This document shows positions 18,798-29,153 of a stretch of DNA of 64,000 nucleotides, piece after piece. Every line of letters begins with the position of its first letter. Position 1 is the stretch's first letter. A program made the translations under genes and the position numbers. Source of the DNA: an uncultured Candidatus Saccharibacteria bacterium (GTDB lineage: Bacteria > Patescibacteriota > Dojkabacteria > SC72 > WJKH01); NCBI GenBank assembly GCA_964602665.1, contig CAZRRH010000001.1:72414-136413 (forward strand), in the 5' to 3' direction. The notes under the pieces are model-generated. The model made no database searches and was not told where the DNA came from. It saw only the letters and a program-made list of their open reading frames with translations.

Positions 18798-19931
18798 CTA
18801 TTTTGAGATTTTTTGCAACTGTTGCCAAAGAGACTTTTGCTCTCGATTTGCCTTACTTGGAATTTCGACAATTATTCTCACAAAATGATCTCCTCGATTA
18901 TCCTTACCCAATGAATATGAGCCCTCTCCTTTAACCTTAAAAATACTGCCCGATTGAGTTCCAGCGGGGATTTTTAACTTAACAGAGCCAAGCACAGTAT
19001 CTATTTCTTTTACCCCGCCTAAAACTGCCGTGTAAATATCAATTTTTTCCTCAGAATAAATATCGTCCCCTTGTCTTTGGAAATTCGTATGCTCTTTAAC
19101 ATTTAGCTGAATATATAAATCACCAGGATCCTTAACACCTTTTACATGATTTCCTCCGCCACCAAACCTTAGCACCATGCCATCATAAGATCCTTTTGGA
19201 ATAGTTATTTTTATCTTCTTTTTACTATTAATTACTCCTGTTCCCGAACACTTTTCACATTTATGCTCAGGAATTTCTCCACTCCCATCACATTCTGGAC
19301 AAATAGACACAACAGACATTTGCCCAAAAAAAGAGTTCCTAACTTGTCTAACTTGACCAACACCTCCACAAGTTGAACATTTCTTGCTTTTTTTATCCTT
19401 TGCACCAGTACCGTCACAAGCAGAACAGGTGACATCGCGAGTTATTTCAACCTCAAAATCGCCCCCTTTGATTGCAGATATAAAATCAAGATCTATTGAG
19501 TATCTAATATCTGTTCCCTTATCACTTTTTCTTTTTTGCTTATTTGATCCACCCCCAAAAAACGACGAAAACATATCTGAATCAGAAAATCCCGAATTTC
19601 GGAAAAACTGTCCGAAAATATCGCCCATATCATAATACTCAGAGCCATTAAAACCCTGCCCATCACTGTAACCATAAGGAGATCCTGAGTACCCACCAGA
19701 ACCAAATCCACTTACGCCTGCATGGCCGTACTGATCGTAAGCTTTTCGCTTATTTGCATCAGAAAGTACCTCATAAGCTTCCGACACTTCTTTAAATTTT
19801 GTTTCCGCATCAGAGTCCTTGTTGTTGTCAGGATGATATTTTCTAGCCAATTGACGATACGCTTTTTTTATTTCTTTTTCTGTAGCGCTCTTTGATACGC
19901 CTAAGACCTCATAATAATCTCTTTTTTCCAT
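18798..19931 (-). CDS. dnaJ: molecular chaperone DnaJ
   Basis: 377 aa. J domain ([11 protein letters not shown]), Gly/Phe-rich region and four CxxCxGxG zinc-finger repeats. Confidence 0.9.
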   Translation of the reverse strand: MEKRDYYEVLGVSKSATEKEIKKAYRQLARKYHPDNNKDSDAETKFKEVSEAYEVLSDANKRKAYDQYGHAGVSGFGSGGYSGSPYGYSDGQGFNGSEYYDMGDIFGQFFRNSGFSDSDMFSSFFGGGSNKQKRKSDKGTDIRYSIDLDFISAIKGGDFEVEITRDVTCSACDGTGAKDKKSKKCSTCGGVGQVRQVRNSFFGQMSVVSICPECDGSGEIPEHKCEKCSGTGVINSKKKIKITIPKGSYDGMVLRFGGGGNHVKGVKDPGDLYIQLNVKEHTNFQRQGDDIYSEEKIDIYTAVLGGVKEIDTVLGSVKLKIPAGTQSGSIFKVKGEGSYSLGKDNRGDHFVRIIVEIPSKANREQKSLWQQLQKISK

Positions 19932-20099
19932 ACTAGGGTATTTTAGCAGATTTACACCTTATTTGCCAATAGCTATAATTATTTTTCTATTTATTTTTTA
20001 TAGTATTCTCTTAATAAAAGCCTCATTAACAGCCTTTATTATATTTCGAGCTCGGATATTTAGCGTTTCTCCACCCCAGGGTCGCCATTATCTACGAAA

Positions 20100-20222
20100 A
20101 GTATACACATCTAATAATTTTATCCTGACGGCGATCATTTGATTATTTCAAGATTTCAATTGACAAGTTATCCACAATTTGAGATTATCATCGATATGTA
20201 GATTAAGCGAAAGTTTATAATT
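20100..20222. promoter_or_regulatory. origin-proximal region upstream of dnaA with a perfect DnaA box
   Basis: TTATCCACA at 20168-20176. AT-rich. Lies immediately 5' of the dnaA start. Confidence 0.55.
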
Positions 20223-21698
20223 ATGAACAAGCTTTTACAACAAAAAACAGAAGACATTATACCACAAGAAAACTCTGTAATATGGAAATCTGTCAAAGAA
20301 CAACTTCGCATTTTCTTAAACAAGAACAGCTACGAAACATGGTTTAGCGATGTTAATCTTGACAAGATTGAAGACTCAATTGCCTATATCAGCTGTGATA
20401 CTGACTATAAAAGAAATTGGATCGAGCAAAATAGTCGTATAATAATAACTAAAATTTTGAGAGAAATAACGGGCAAAGAGTACAATCTTATTTTCACTGT
20501 CAAAAGCAGTATTAAAAAAAGTTCTTCTTCCCAACATGAAAAACAAGAAAAAGAACAGGCTTCTTATGAATATTTTATTCCAGATGGAAGTTTAAATACA
20601 AAACCTACAGAAAAATCAACAAGCAACCTTATTACTTTTACAGGAAGTGCAAACGAGCGAAAAGAGATTGCATACCTAAATAAAAGTTATACTATGGATA
20701 ATTTTATCGTTGGAGCAAATAACAGACTGGCTTTTGCTGTCGCAGAGGCCGTTTGTGAATCGCCCGGAACGGCTTATAATCCAGTCTTTTTTTATGGAGG
20801 GACAGGCGTTGGCAAAACTCATCTTATGCAAGCGATAGGCAATAGAATTATAGATAAATATGCAGACAAATCAGTAATTTATGTTCCAACCGAGACTTTT
20901 TTAAATGAATTGATTTACTCTATTAAAACAAGAAAAAATGAAGAATTTAGAGCAAAATATAGAAAAATTGATCTACTTATTTTAGACGATATACAAGCTT
21001 TAGAAAATTATGATAAAACTCAAGAGGAAGTTTTCAATACATTTAATGCTCTCTATTTAGATAATAAGCAGATAATTATTGCCTCTGATAGGGTCCCAAA
21101 GGAAATAAAAAATCTTACCGATCGATTAAGATCAAGATTTGAGGGAGGCATGGTTATCGATATTCAGCCACCAGAAAAAGAGACTAGGATTGCTATAATA
21201 CAACAGATTATGGAGGAAAAAAAAAGCGTATTACCAAACAATATTATTCAGATAATTGCAGAAAACATTGAACATAATGTACGTCAACTTGAAGGCGCTA
21301 CTATAAAAATAATATCTATGCAAAATTTGCTCCGTAACAATCAAGATTCTTCATTATCTGAAGAAAAAGTAAGACAGCTTTTACTTATTGACACAGAAAG
21401 CAAAAGAAAGAGGATAAAACCTGACAGAATTATTGATTGTGTTTCTGAAGTGTTTGATGTCTCCGTTAAAGATATAAAAGGACAAAAAAGAACTGCTTAT
21501 ATTGCAACAGCAAGACAAGTTGCCATGTACCTAATGCGCTATACTTTAAATTATCCTTTAGAAAAGATCGCTTCTGAACTTAACAAAAGCGACCATACAA
21601 CGGTTATACACGCATGCAATAAAATAGAGCTTTGTCTAAAAGAAAGAGGAGAGATAAAATCCAAAATAGACAGATGCCGTGTAATGCTTGAAGAATAA
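20223..21698 (+). CDS. dnaA: chromosomal replication initiator DnaA
   Basis: 491 aa. AAA+ region (FFYGGTGVGKTHLMQAIG, LLILDDIQ), sensor and C-terminal DnaA-box-binding domain (ARQVAMYLMR...SDHTTVIHA). Confidence 0.9.
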   Translation: MNKLLQQKTEDIIPQENSVIWKSVKEQLRIFLNKNSYETWFSDVNLDKIEDSIAYISCDTDYKRNWIEQNSRIIITKILREITGKEYNLIFTVKSSIKKSSSSQHEKQEKEQASYEYFIPDGSLNTKPTEKSTSNLITFTGSANERKEIAYLNKSYTMDNFIVGANNRLAFAVAEAVCESPGTAYNPVFFYGGTGVGKTHLMQAIGNRIIDKYADKSVIYVPTETFLNELIYSIKTRKNEEFRAKYRKIDLLILDDIQALENYDKTQEEVFNTFNALYLDNKQIIIASDRVPKEIKNLTDRLRSRFEGGMVIDIQPPEKETRIAIIQQIMEEKKSVLPNNIIQIIAENIEHNVRQLEGATIKIISMQNLLRNNQDSSLSEEKVRQLLLIDTESKRKRIKPDRIIDCVSEVFDVSVKDIKGQKRTAYIATARQVAMYLMRYTLNYPLEKIASELNKSDHTTVIHACNKIELCLKERGEIKSKIDRCRVMLEE

Positions 21699-22102
21699 TT
21701 TCACGCTTTTGTGGATAACTAGTGGATATCTACGGAATAACTTGTGAATAACTCGTCGCTTATCCACAGCTTTCTGTCGAGAATACTTTCTCTCATATTT
21801 TATCCAAAATTTTCCACCCATTTTTTCACATTTTCCTAATAATATATCCACACTTATCTTGACAGCTTTTTTATATTACAAACATTGCTTACAAGATATA
21901 ATTTTTCTGTTTTGCTTTCTCATAGTTATCCACACTCTCTGTTCTCACAATTTCATATATATAATAATGATTTTTCATTTTCTAGTTACATATCCACATT
22001 CCCTACTATATCTACTACTATTTATATATATATTTTCTTTTTAGTATAGAATATGTTAAAATAAATGGCAGTTAATTTTAAATTATAAAAATCCATTTTA
22101 GT
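21699..22102. promoter_or_regulatory. oriC: DnaA-box cluster plus AT-rich unwinding element between dnaA and dnaN
   Basis: Perfect TTATCCACA boxes at 21710-21718 (reverse), 21760-21768 and 21926-21934. One-mismatch boxes at 21844-21852 and 21990-21998; further degenerate copies (TGTGAATAA, AGTGGATAT). A >85% AT stretch at ~22000-22100 abuts the dnaN start. Confidence 0.7.
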
Positions 22103-23239
22103 ATGAAATTCTCTTGTAAAAAAGACTCTCTTGCAAATAAACTCAACATTGTAAATAGAATAATCCTTTCTAATCCGACAATTCCTATACTAAACAACAT
22201 TCTTTTACAAGCAGAAAAAGGGAAATTACATATAAAAGCCACAAATCTAGAGATTGGAATAAATTGCTGGATTGGTGCAAAAGTTGATTCTGATGGAATA
22301 ATTACTGTCCCCTCCTCTGTTTTTACCGAGTACATTAATGGTCTTCCCAACTCTACAATTGAGTCTGAACTTCTTGATAATGTTATTTCCTTCTCCACTC
22401 CAAATAATACTGCAAATTTTAATACAATGCCATCTGATGATTACCCTACATTTGGCGGAATGCCTGATAATAGTAAACCACTCATTACAATTTCACGCGA
22501 GAACCTTTTACAAGCTGTAAACAAAGTAAGCTTTGCTGTTGATACTGATGGTAAAAACAACATCTATACCGGTATTAAGATAGAAATTGCTGATGGTATG
22601 ATGAATTTCGTCGCTACGGATACACTAAGATTATCTAGATATTCAATCAAAACAAGCAAGAAAATAAGTGGTTCATTGGAATTTATTGTTCCTGCAAAAG
22701 CATTTGATGAAGTTGCCCATATTGTAAGTAACACAGAAATTGATGAGGATAATGATTTTGTTCAGATATATTTAATTGAAGATAAAAACCAGATACTTTT
22801 TAGATATAACGAAATCGAGCTTGTTTCGAGATTAATAGATGGTGATTATCCAGATTATAAAGCAATTATCCCGACTTATCATAGCACTTGTGTCACATTT
22901 AATCGCGAGGAGTTAATAAATAATCTTCGTCTAAGCACAGTTCTTGTCAAGAAGTTAAAGGTCTCAAGAATAGATATGAAAATAGACGCAAAAAACGGTA
23001 AAGTAATTTTAAATAGTAACAATGTTGATTTAGGAACAAATGAAAGTCTTCTTGAAGCTACTGTTGAGGGTGAAGATTTAACTATTATGTTTAATTCGAG
23101 GCATATTATTGATGTACTTAGCAGAGTTGAAGATAAATCTGTTATCTTTGAGTTTACAAGCAACTCTACTCCTGTAATGTTTAAAGTTAAAGGCGATGAT
23201 AATTTCTTCCACCTTATGATGCCGATTACTATTGAATAG
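22103..23239 (+). CDS. dnaN: DNA polymerase III beta sliding clamp
   Basis: 378 aa. Three-domain clamp pattern. Sits directly after dnaA/oriC. Confidence 0.85.
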   Translation: MKFSCKKDSLANKLNIVNRIILSNPTIPILNNILLQAEKGKLHIKATNLEIGINCWIGAKVDSDGIITVPSSVFTEYINGLPNSTIESELLDNVISFSTPNNTANFNTMPSDDYPTFGGMPDNSKPLITISRENLLQAVNKVSFAVDTDGKNNIYTGIKIEIADGMMNFVATDTLRLSRYSIKTSKKISGSLEFIVPAKAFDEVAHIVSNTEIDEDNDFVQIYLIEDKNQILFRYNEIELVSRLIDGDYPDYKAIIPTYHSTCVTFNREELINNLRLSTVLVKKLKVSRIDMKIDAKNGKVILNSNNVDLGTNESLLEATVEGEDLTIMFNSRHIIDVLSRVEDKSVIFEFTSNSTPVMFKVKGDDNFFHLMMPITIE

Positions 23240-23984
23240 ATTTTTGCTCAAGTTTTGCAACTCTTCGTCCCCTAAAAAGTACTATTCCTTCAAGTGTAAT
23301 TTGAGGATAGACCTTTTTTAACGCTTGTCCAAGAGAGTTTATTGTTGCAGATGTGCTTAGAACATCGTCGACTACTATTATTTTGGAGACTTTTGTAGGA
23401 AGGAAAGTCGGCATTACTTTAAAAATATCTTTTACATTGTTTAATCGATTTTTTCTTGATAATTTTGCTTGCTTTTTATTATTTATCACTCTTTTTGCTG
23501 TTTTTGTATTTATTTCGCCTCCCAGAATGTTTTGTACTGCTTGTGCAATAATCTCACTTTGATTAAATCCTCGGCCTAATTTCCGTGTCCAGAAAAGCGG
23601 AACTGGTATTATAACCTGATTGGTATCTTTTTCTAAATTGATATCTTTTAAACGCGATTCTACAAGTTTTGTCAGAAGCTCTCCTACTTGTTTTCCTTCT
23701 TGATATTTAAAAGCCAGTAGCATCTTTTTGCTTACTTGGGAATATTTCCATAAAACAGTCATTTTAACAAAAGGAGCATCATTATTTAAACAGGATGCAT
23801 GGGTGCAGTAATCGTAATTCACTTTTCTGCACCCATAGCATTCGGGTATTGAAGGTTCTAAAAAATTTTGGCACTGTTTGCAAAGCCATGTCTTGTTTGG
23901 CTTGCCACAAACTAAACAGTAAGGTACAAATAAGAACCTGCTCAATACACACGCTAAGCCCATGAAGTTTATTATACTTACCAA
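23229..23984 (-). CDS. comFC: ComF-family protein (zinc-finger plus phosphoribosyltransferase domain)
   Basis: 251 aa. N-terminal Cys cluster (CLVCGK..C..C..C..C). PRTase signature IIVVDDVLSTSATI in the C-terminal half. Confidence 0.6.
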   Translation of the reverse strand: MVSIINFMGLACVLSRFLFVPYCLVCGKPNKTWLCKQCQNFLEPSIPECYGCRKVNYDYCTHASCLNNDAPFVKMTVLWKYSQVSKKMLLAFKYQEGKQVGELLTKLVESRLKDINLEKDTNQVIIPVPLFWTRKLGRGFNQSEIIAQAVQNILGGEINTKTAKRVINNKKQAKLSRKNRLNNVKDIFKVMPTFLPTKVSKIIVVDDVLSTSATINSLGQALKKVYPQITLEGIVLFRGRRVAKLEQKSIQ

Positions 23985-24096
23985 AGATTAAAAAATATTT
24001 AATAAAAAATGAAATATTTTTTATACGAGAGATATTTTAAAATGGATTGTATTATTGCATCAAATTGTATTTATTAGTATAATAATAATAGTTTTT

Positions 24097-26559
24097 ATGA
24101 AAGAGACACCTTTATTACAACAATATAACAGTTTTAAAAACAGGTATAAAGACAAGATCGTTCTTTTTCGCATGGGCGATTTTTTTGAAACATTTGGAGA
24201 CGATGCCAAAATAACTTCCAAGACGCTAAACATCACTTTGACTCAAAGAAATAAAAACGATGATCCTACTCCACTTGCTGGATTTCCACATCATGCACTT
24301 GATCAATATCTTCCTAAATTAGTTCAAGCTAACTTATCTGTTGTAATAGTTGACCAAGTAGAAGACCCCAAATTAGCCAAAGGAATTGTTAAAAGAGCTG
24401 TAACAAAGATTGTAACGCCAGGGACAATTGATAGTAATGAAAATATATCAAGAGCTCATAATGTTTTATCTTTGGGGATCTCAAAAGGTAACATAGGAAT
24501 TGCAATTTGCGATCTTTATAATGGTGAAGTTTTTATTTCCTCCGTAAAGGATGAAAGAGAGATCGGACAGATAATATCGACAAACGATATAGTAGAGATC
24601 TTGCTCCCAAATGATAAAAAAGTTGAAATTGACCTCTCTTTGCCTACCCAAATAGTAAGTATTGAAAAAAATGATCCTGTCCAAATAATAACAGACCATT
24701 TCAAAATAAATAGCGTTCATTCGATAGGGATAGAAAATAATCAAGAAATAATAAATGCTCTCGCACAATTAATCTATTTCTTTAATGAGACGCAGAAGGA
24801 TACTCCAAGACAGATAAATAACGTAAAATGGTTAAACAATTTCAACTATATTAAATTAGATAGTGCAACAATAAGAAATCTAGAACTTGTTGATTCAATT
24901 TCCGGGCATTCGTTGTTCTCTGTTTTAGATAAATGTGAAACAAATATGGGTAAAAGGACTCTTAGAAACTGGATCCTAAACCCTCTTGCAAAAGTTGAAG
25001 ACATAAAGAGAAGAGCAGATGCTGTGACTTTCTTTTTTAATAAACCTGACCTTCTCGAGAAAGTAAGCTTGTCTTTAGCCAAAATAAGTGACATCGAGAG
25101 AATTACTGGAAGAATCGGTTTAATGTCTGCAACAGCAAGGGATTTTAAAGCGCTATCTTTTTCTATAAGTAGCTCAGACGAAATAATATCTTATTTGGGA
25201 AAAAATATTGATAACTCATCTGAATTTATAAAAAAGATTGTTGAAGAAAGTCCTATTATCAATCTTAATGAACTTAAAAGTTTAATAGAGAAAACAATAA
25301 AGGATGAACCTGCAAATTCTATTACAGAGGGAAACATTATAAAAGAAGGCGTTGATCAAAAGCTTGATGAACTACGGAGCATTGCTCTAAACAGTAAAAG
25401 CTGGCTTGCAACATTTGAAAAAAAAGAAAGAGAAGAAACAGGCATTTCATCATTAAAAGTTAAATTTAATAAAGTTTTTGGATATTTTATAGAAATTACC
25501 AACACACATAAGGAAAAAGTTCCAAGCAATTATGTTCGCAAGCAAACAATGGTTAATTGCGAAAGATACATAACAGAAGAATTAAAAGAAAAGGAGGATA
25601 TAATCCTTAATTCTCAAGAAAAAATAGCCTCTTTAGAATTTGAGATCTTTCAAAAATTTAGGGAGCAGACAGTTGAGTATATCGAAAAGCTTCAAAAATT
25701 AGCCGAGATACTCTCTGTTCTTGATGTGATTTGTAACTTCGCAAAAGTGGCTATACAAAATGATTACATAAGGCCAATTATTGCCGATGATAAGAAAGGG
25801 AAAATCGAGATAAAAAATGCAAGGCATCCCGTTGTAGAAAAAGCAATAAAAGAGCCTTTTATTCCAAATGACATCTTGCTTGACAATCAAAGTAATAATC
25901 TTGTAATAATTACAGGGCCAAATATGTCCGGTAAGTCAACATATATCCGTCAAGTAGCCATGCTCGTACTTATGGCTCATATTGGCTCGTATATTCCTGC
26001 TGCTGATGCCCATATAAGTATAGTTGACAAAATTTTCACAAGAATTGGAGCAAGCGATGACCTATCTGGAGGAAGGAGCACATTTATGGTTGAAATGGAT
26101 GAGGTATCAAATATAACTAATAATGCAACAGCAAAATCGCTTGTTATTCTTGACGAAGTTGGTAGAGGTACAAGCACATATGATGGGATAAGTATTGCAT
26201 GGGCAATTGCGAGCTTTTTATTAAATAAAGTAGGCGCAAAAACAGTATTTGCCACACATTATCACGAGTTAATGAAATTACAAGAAAAATATCCTCAAAA
26301 GGTTAAAAATTACAATGTCGCTGTAAGCGAGGACATTGAAAAAGATGAAGTGGTTTTTCTTAGGAAAATACGCGAAGGAGGCACAGATAAAAGTTACGGA
26401 ATATATGTTGCAAAAATGGCTGGTTTGCAAGAGGAAATAATAAAAGAAGCCAAAAATACTCTTTTAAAATTAACAACTACAAACGGTGGTGTAAAAAACA
26501 GAAAAAGAAATCAGAAAGAAATAGACACAGGAGAGATAAAAGTTAGAAAATTGTTTTGA
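24097..26559 (+). CDS. mutS: DNA mismatch repair protein MutS
   Basis: Mismatch-binding N-terminus (MKETPLLQQY...FRMGDFFE). Walker A GPNMSGKST and ABC-like DEVGRGTSTYDG. The track ORF starts 14 codons earlier at a hydrophobic leader; the ATG at 24097 fits the conserved MutS N-terminus. Confidence 0.85.
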   Translation: MKETPLLQQYNSFKNRYKDKIVLFRMGDFFETFGDDAKITSKTLNITLTQRNKNDDPTPLAGFPHHALDQYLPKLVQANLSVVIVDQVEDPKLAKGIVKRAVTKIVTPGTIDSNENISRAHNVLSLGISKGNIGIAICDLYNGEVFISSVKDEREIGQIISTNDIVEILLPNDKKVEIDLSLPTQIVSIEKNDPVQIITDHFKINSVHSIGIENNQEIINALAQLIYFFNETQKDTPRQINNVKWLNNFNYIKLDSATIRNLELVDSISGHSLFSVLDKCETNMGKRTLRNWILNPLAKVEDIKRRADAVTFFFNKPDLLEKVSLSLAKISDIERITGRIGLMSATARDFKALSFSISSSDEIISYLGKNIDNSSEFIKKIVEESPIINLNELKSLIEKTIKDEPANSITEGNIIKEGVDQKLDELRSIALNSKSWLATFEKKEREETGISSLKVKFNKVFGYFIEITNTHKEKVPSNYVRKQTMVNCERYITEELKEKEDIILNSQEKIASLEFEIFQKFREQTVEYIEKLQKLAEILSVLDVICNFAKVAIQNDYIRPIIADDKKGKIEIKNARHPVVEKAIKEPFIPNDILLDNQSNNLVIITGPNMSGKSTYIRQVAMLVLMAHIGSYIPAADAHISIVDKIFTRIGASDDLSGGRSTFMVEMDEVSNITNNATAKSLVILDEVGRGTSTYDGISIAWAIASFLLNKVGAKTVFATHYHELMKLQEKYPQKVKNYNVAVSEDIEKDEVVFLRKIREGGTDKSYGIYVAKMAGLQEEIIKEAKNTLLKLTTTNGGVKNRKRNQKEIDTGEIKVRKLF

Positions 26560-26560
26560 A

Positions 26561-27274
26561 CTACCCCATTAGTTCACATCCCATACCATATCGCGTTTTT
26601 ATTAACTTCCTACCACTTTGTGAATAAATCTTTTTTCTTAATCTACAAATAAGCACATTAAAATAGTTCTGTGTCATATTGTTAAGTCCCATTCTTTGAG
26701 CTAAAGAATCCATAAGATTTTCCTTGTCTGTTAGAAATCTCTTTTCTCCAAGATATTTAATAATAAGTGATTCTGCATATGACAACCGAATTTTAGTGCC
26801 ATCAACTTGAAGTAAACAATTATTGAAATCAAGGAAAACACCTTCTGTAATTTTTGTGTAATCTTGACTTTTTCCACCATCCGCAAAATATATGTTAAGA
26901 AGGCGTTTTATCCTGCAACTAAGCTCTCTAAAATCAAAAGGTTTGTTAATAAATTCATCTGCACCTAACTCAAAAGCTCTTACTTTGACATCTATTTCTT
27001 CCTGGTTACCCAGAATCGCAATTTTGGTCTTTAAACCGTAAACTTTTTTAATAGAGGTAATTAGTTTAAAAAGCTCCTTTTTATCTCGTCGTGTATCAAT
27101 AATAAACAGCGATATAGAAGGATTAACGCGCTTTGTGACTGTATAGCCTTTTTGAACTTTAAAAATAGCGTCCAACTCTTTTGCTAAATTTGAGGAAATG
27201 AGTTTCATAAACGAAAAATCCTTGCCTATTAGCACAATTTCTCTAGAAGGGGTCAAGTAATTCTTGGATTGCAT
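26561..27274 (-). CDS. OmpR/PhoB-family response regulator with an atypical receiver domain
   Basis: 237 aa. The C-terminal winged helix (LSYAESLIIKYL...VLICRLRKKI...RYGMGCEL) fits the OmpR DNA-binding domain. The receiver domain lacks the N-terminal acidic pair (REIVLIGKDF); a candidate phospho-Asp lies in LFIIDT. No histidine kinase nearby. Confidence 0.55.
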   Translation of the reverse strand: MQSKNYLTPSREIVLIGKDFSFMKLISSNLAKELDAIFKVQKGYTVTKRVNPSISLFIIDTRRDKKELFKLITSIKKVYGLKTKIAILGNQEEIDVKVRAFELGADEFINKPFDFRELSCRIKRLLNIYFADGGKSQDYTKITEGVFLDFNNCLLQVDGTKIRLSYAESLIIKYLGEKRFLTDKENLMDSLAQRMGLNNMTQNYFNVLICRLRKKIYSQSGRKLIKTRYGMGCELMG

Positions 27275-27360
27275 GCTATATCATAGCACTGCATCTTTGA
27301 AATGTGTATAGAATAATATTACATATTTTAGCCTTTAAATAGGCAATAAAACCAAGCATG

Positions 27361-28632
27361 TCAAGTAACTATAACAGTTTCACTTGAAGATCTCATATCT
27401 TTTAAAATAAAAGTATTCATCTTCTGCTCGTCGGGACCAGCAATAGCAACAAAGTCAAACTGCTTTTTATTGGCATATTTAAGCTGTTTTCCAATTGCTT
27501 GATTTTCTTCTGTAAAAAGCTCTGTAAAATAGCCTTGTTCGCGAAGCTTTTGTGCAACTTTTTGGCTGTAAATATAACTGTTTTCGTCAAAAACAGAAAT
27601 TAAAACGGTTTTCTTTGATTTGATGTCTGGTAAAAGATTCCATTCTTCTAAGAAAATTCTTGTCGTTTCGTCTCCTGGTGCCATTCCTACTGCTGGGAAA
27701 TTGTTAGAACCAAAAATTCTAGCCAAGCCGTTATATCTTCCTCCTCCAAAAATTGATCTACCTCCTTTGAGGTTAAAAAACTCAAAAATAGTGCCATCAT
27801 AATAGTCAAAACCTCTTATTATACTCGGACTGTATTTAATGAATTTACTATACCCCATCTTTTCAAGTGTATTTATAATTTTTTCAAGCTTTTTAAATCC
27901 TTCGGTTTCTGATATTTTTGGTAAAATATCTTTTATATCGTCAAGTTTTGTAAGCTCCATAATAGAAGCTATTTTATTTGCTGTTTGGGCGGATAATCCG
28001 CATCCAAGGAGTTGTTCAATAAATGATGCCTTATCATATTTATCTTTTCGATCCATAACTCTGACTGTTTTTGTAATAAGTTCTTTTGAATTAATATCCA
28101 ATGATTTTAGTATAAAATCTATTAGTTCTCGGCTGTTTATTAAACAGGCAAAAGAGCCTTCTTTTGCACCAAAAGCAAGCATTATTTCTATGCCCATTTG
28201 GATTATTTCGATATCGGCACTTATTGAGTCAGTTCCAAATATATCAAAATTAAGTTGCCAGAACTCTCTATTACGACCTTTTTGAGGGTTCTGATTTCTG
28301 ATAAAGTTGGCAATTGAGAAAAGCCTCAATGGTTTTGTCTCTTGCTCGTATATTCGAGAGACCAGCCGAGTGATTGAAGGTGTCATTTCAGGACGAATTG
28401 CAAGTTCCCTGCCTGCTCTGTCCGTGCAGGTCATAAGCTCTTGTCCGCCGACCTCTTCACCTGATTTAGCTCTATAAATATCTGCATCCTCAAGTAGAGG
28501 CGTTAAGTACTCTTTGTATCCAAATTTTTTGCAAACACTTCTCCACTTTTTAAAAATATATGATCTAATAGCATACTCTTTTGGTAGCCAATCAGCATAT
28601 CCTTTAAGTGGTTGATTTGATATCTGTTTCAT
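27361..28632 (-). CDS. hisS: histidyl-tRNA synthetase
   Basis: 423 aa class II aaRS. Motif 2 region GRNREFWQLNFDIFG matches HisRS (GRYREFHQ). C-terminal anticodon-binding-like domain. Confidence 0.7.
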   Translation of the reverse strand: MKQISNQPLKGYADWLPKEYAIRSYIFKKWRSVCKKFGYKEYLTPLLEDADIYRAKSGEEVGGQELMTCTDRAGRELAIRPEMTPSITRLVSRIYEQETKPLRLFSIANFIRNQNPQKGRNREFWQLNFDIFGTDSISADIEIIQMGIEIMLAFGAKEGSFACLINSRELIDFILKSLDINSKELITKTVRVMDRKDKYDKASFIEQLLGCGLSAQTANKIASIMELTKLDDIKDILPKISETEGFKKLEKIINTLEKMGYSKFIKYSPSIIRGFDYYDGTIFEFFNLKGGRSIFGGGRYNGLARIFGSNNFPAVGMAPGDETTRIFLEEWNLLPDIKSKKTVLISVFDENSYIYSQKVAQKLREQGYFTELFTEENQAIGKQLKYANKKQFDFVAIAGPDEQKMNTFILKDMRSSSETVIVT

Positions 28633-28682
28633 TTTTGTTTATTTTTAATTTATTTAATATATTTATCTTATAGTCAATTATA

Positions 28683-28710
28683 TCAGAAAAAGGCGGTTAT
28701 CTCACCGCCC
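28683..28710 (-). terminator. rho-independent terminator downstream of the YerC-like gene
   Basis: Minus-strand hairpin GGCGGT-GAGATA-ACCGCC followed by TTTTTCTGAT. Confidence 0.5.
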
Positions 28711-28736
28711 TTGTAAAAACTTCAAATGAGTTTAAA

Positions 28737-29069
28737 TTAAGCAGTGAGGTCCGCCTGTAAATGTGAATGGTTTAAACCTGCCTTTTTGGCTTTTTTTATT
28801 ACAAATTTGTATCCACCTTTTCCTCTTTTAAGCCATTGATTAACTCTGGTTACTGTCGCTATGCTAACAGAAGTTTGTTCACTAACTTGTCTTTGAGAAG
28901 TTCCTTTGTCAAGGAGTTTTGCAACCTCTAATCGATTGGCAAATTCCTCGAGTTCACTCTCTGTTAGCAAATCGCGCAAAAAAGCAAGCATTTGTTTATC
29001 TGTTTTTATTGATAAAAATGCCTGTGCTAGTAATCGGACTTTATTTTGTTTTAATATGTCTTTTGTCAT
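28737..29069 (-). CDS. YerC/YecD family TrpR-like protein
   Basis: 110 aa. LLTESELEEFANRLEVAKLLDKG-SQRQVSEQTSVSIATVTRVNQWLKRG is the hallmark of the TrpR-related YerC/YecD family. Confidence 0.6.
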   Translation of the reverse strand: MTKDILKQNKVRLLAQAFLSIKTDKQMLAFLRDLLTESELEEFANRLEVAKLLDKGTSQRQVSEQTSVSIATVTRVNQWLKRGKGGYKFVIKKAKKAGLNHSHLQADLTA

Positions 29070-29153
29070 GATAATGTACTAATACACTATTATACCATTC
29101 TAGGCAATATTTGTCAACTGGACATTTTTATTGAAATCTAATATTATATAAAT

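Noticed and set aside
21636-22044. Two small ORFs (71 and 61 aa) between dnaA and dnaN
   Set aside because: They lie across the DnaA-box cluster and AT-rich DUE of oriC. The translations are Phe/Ile/Tyr-rich junk.
24055-24096. Track start of mutS at 24055 (MHQIVFISIIIIVF...)
   Set aside because: The 14-residue hydrophobic leader does not fit MutS. The ATG at 24097 gives the conserved MutS N-terminus MKETPLLQQY and leaves a sensible spacer.
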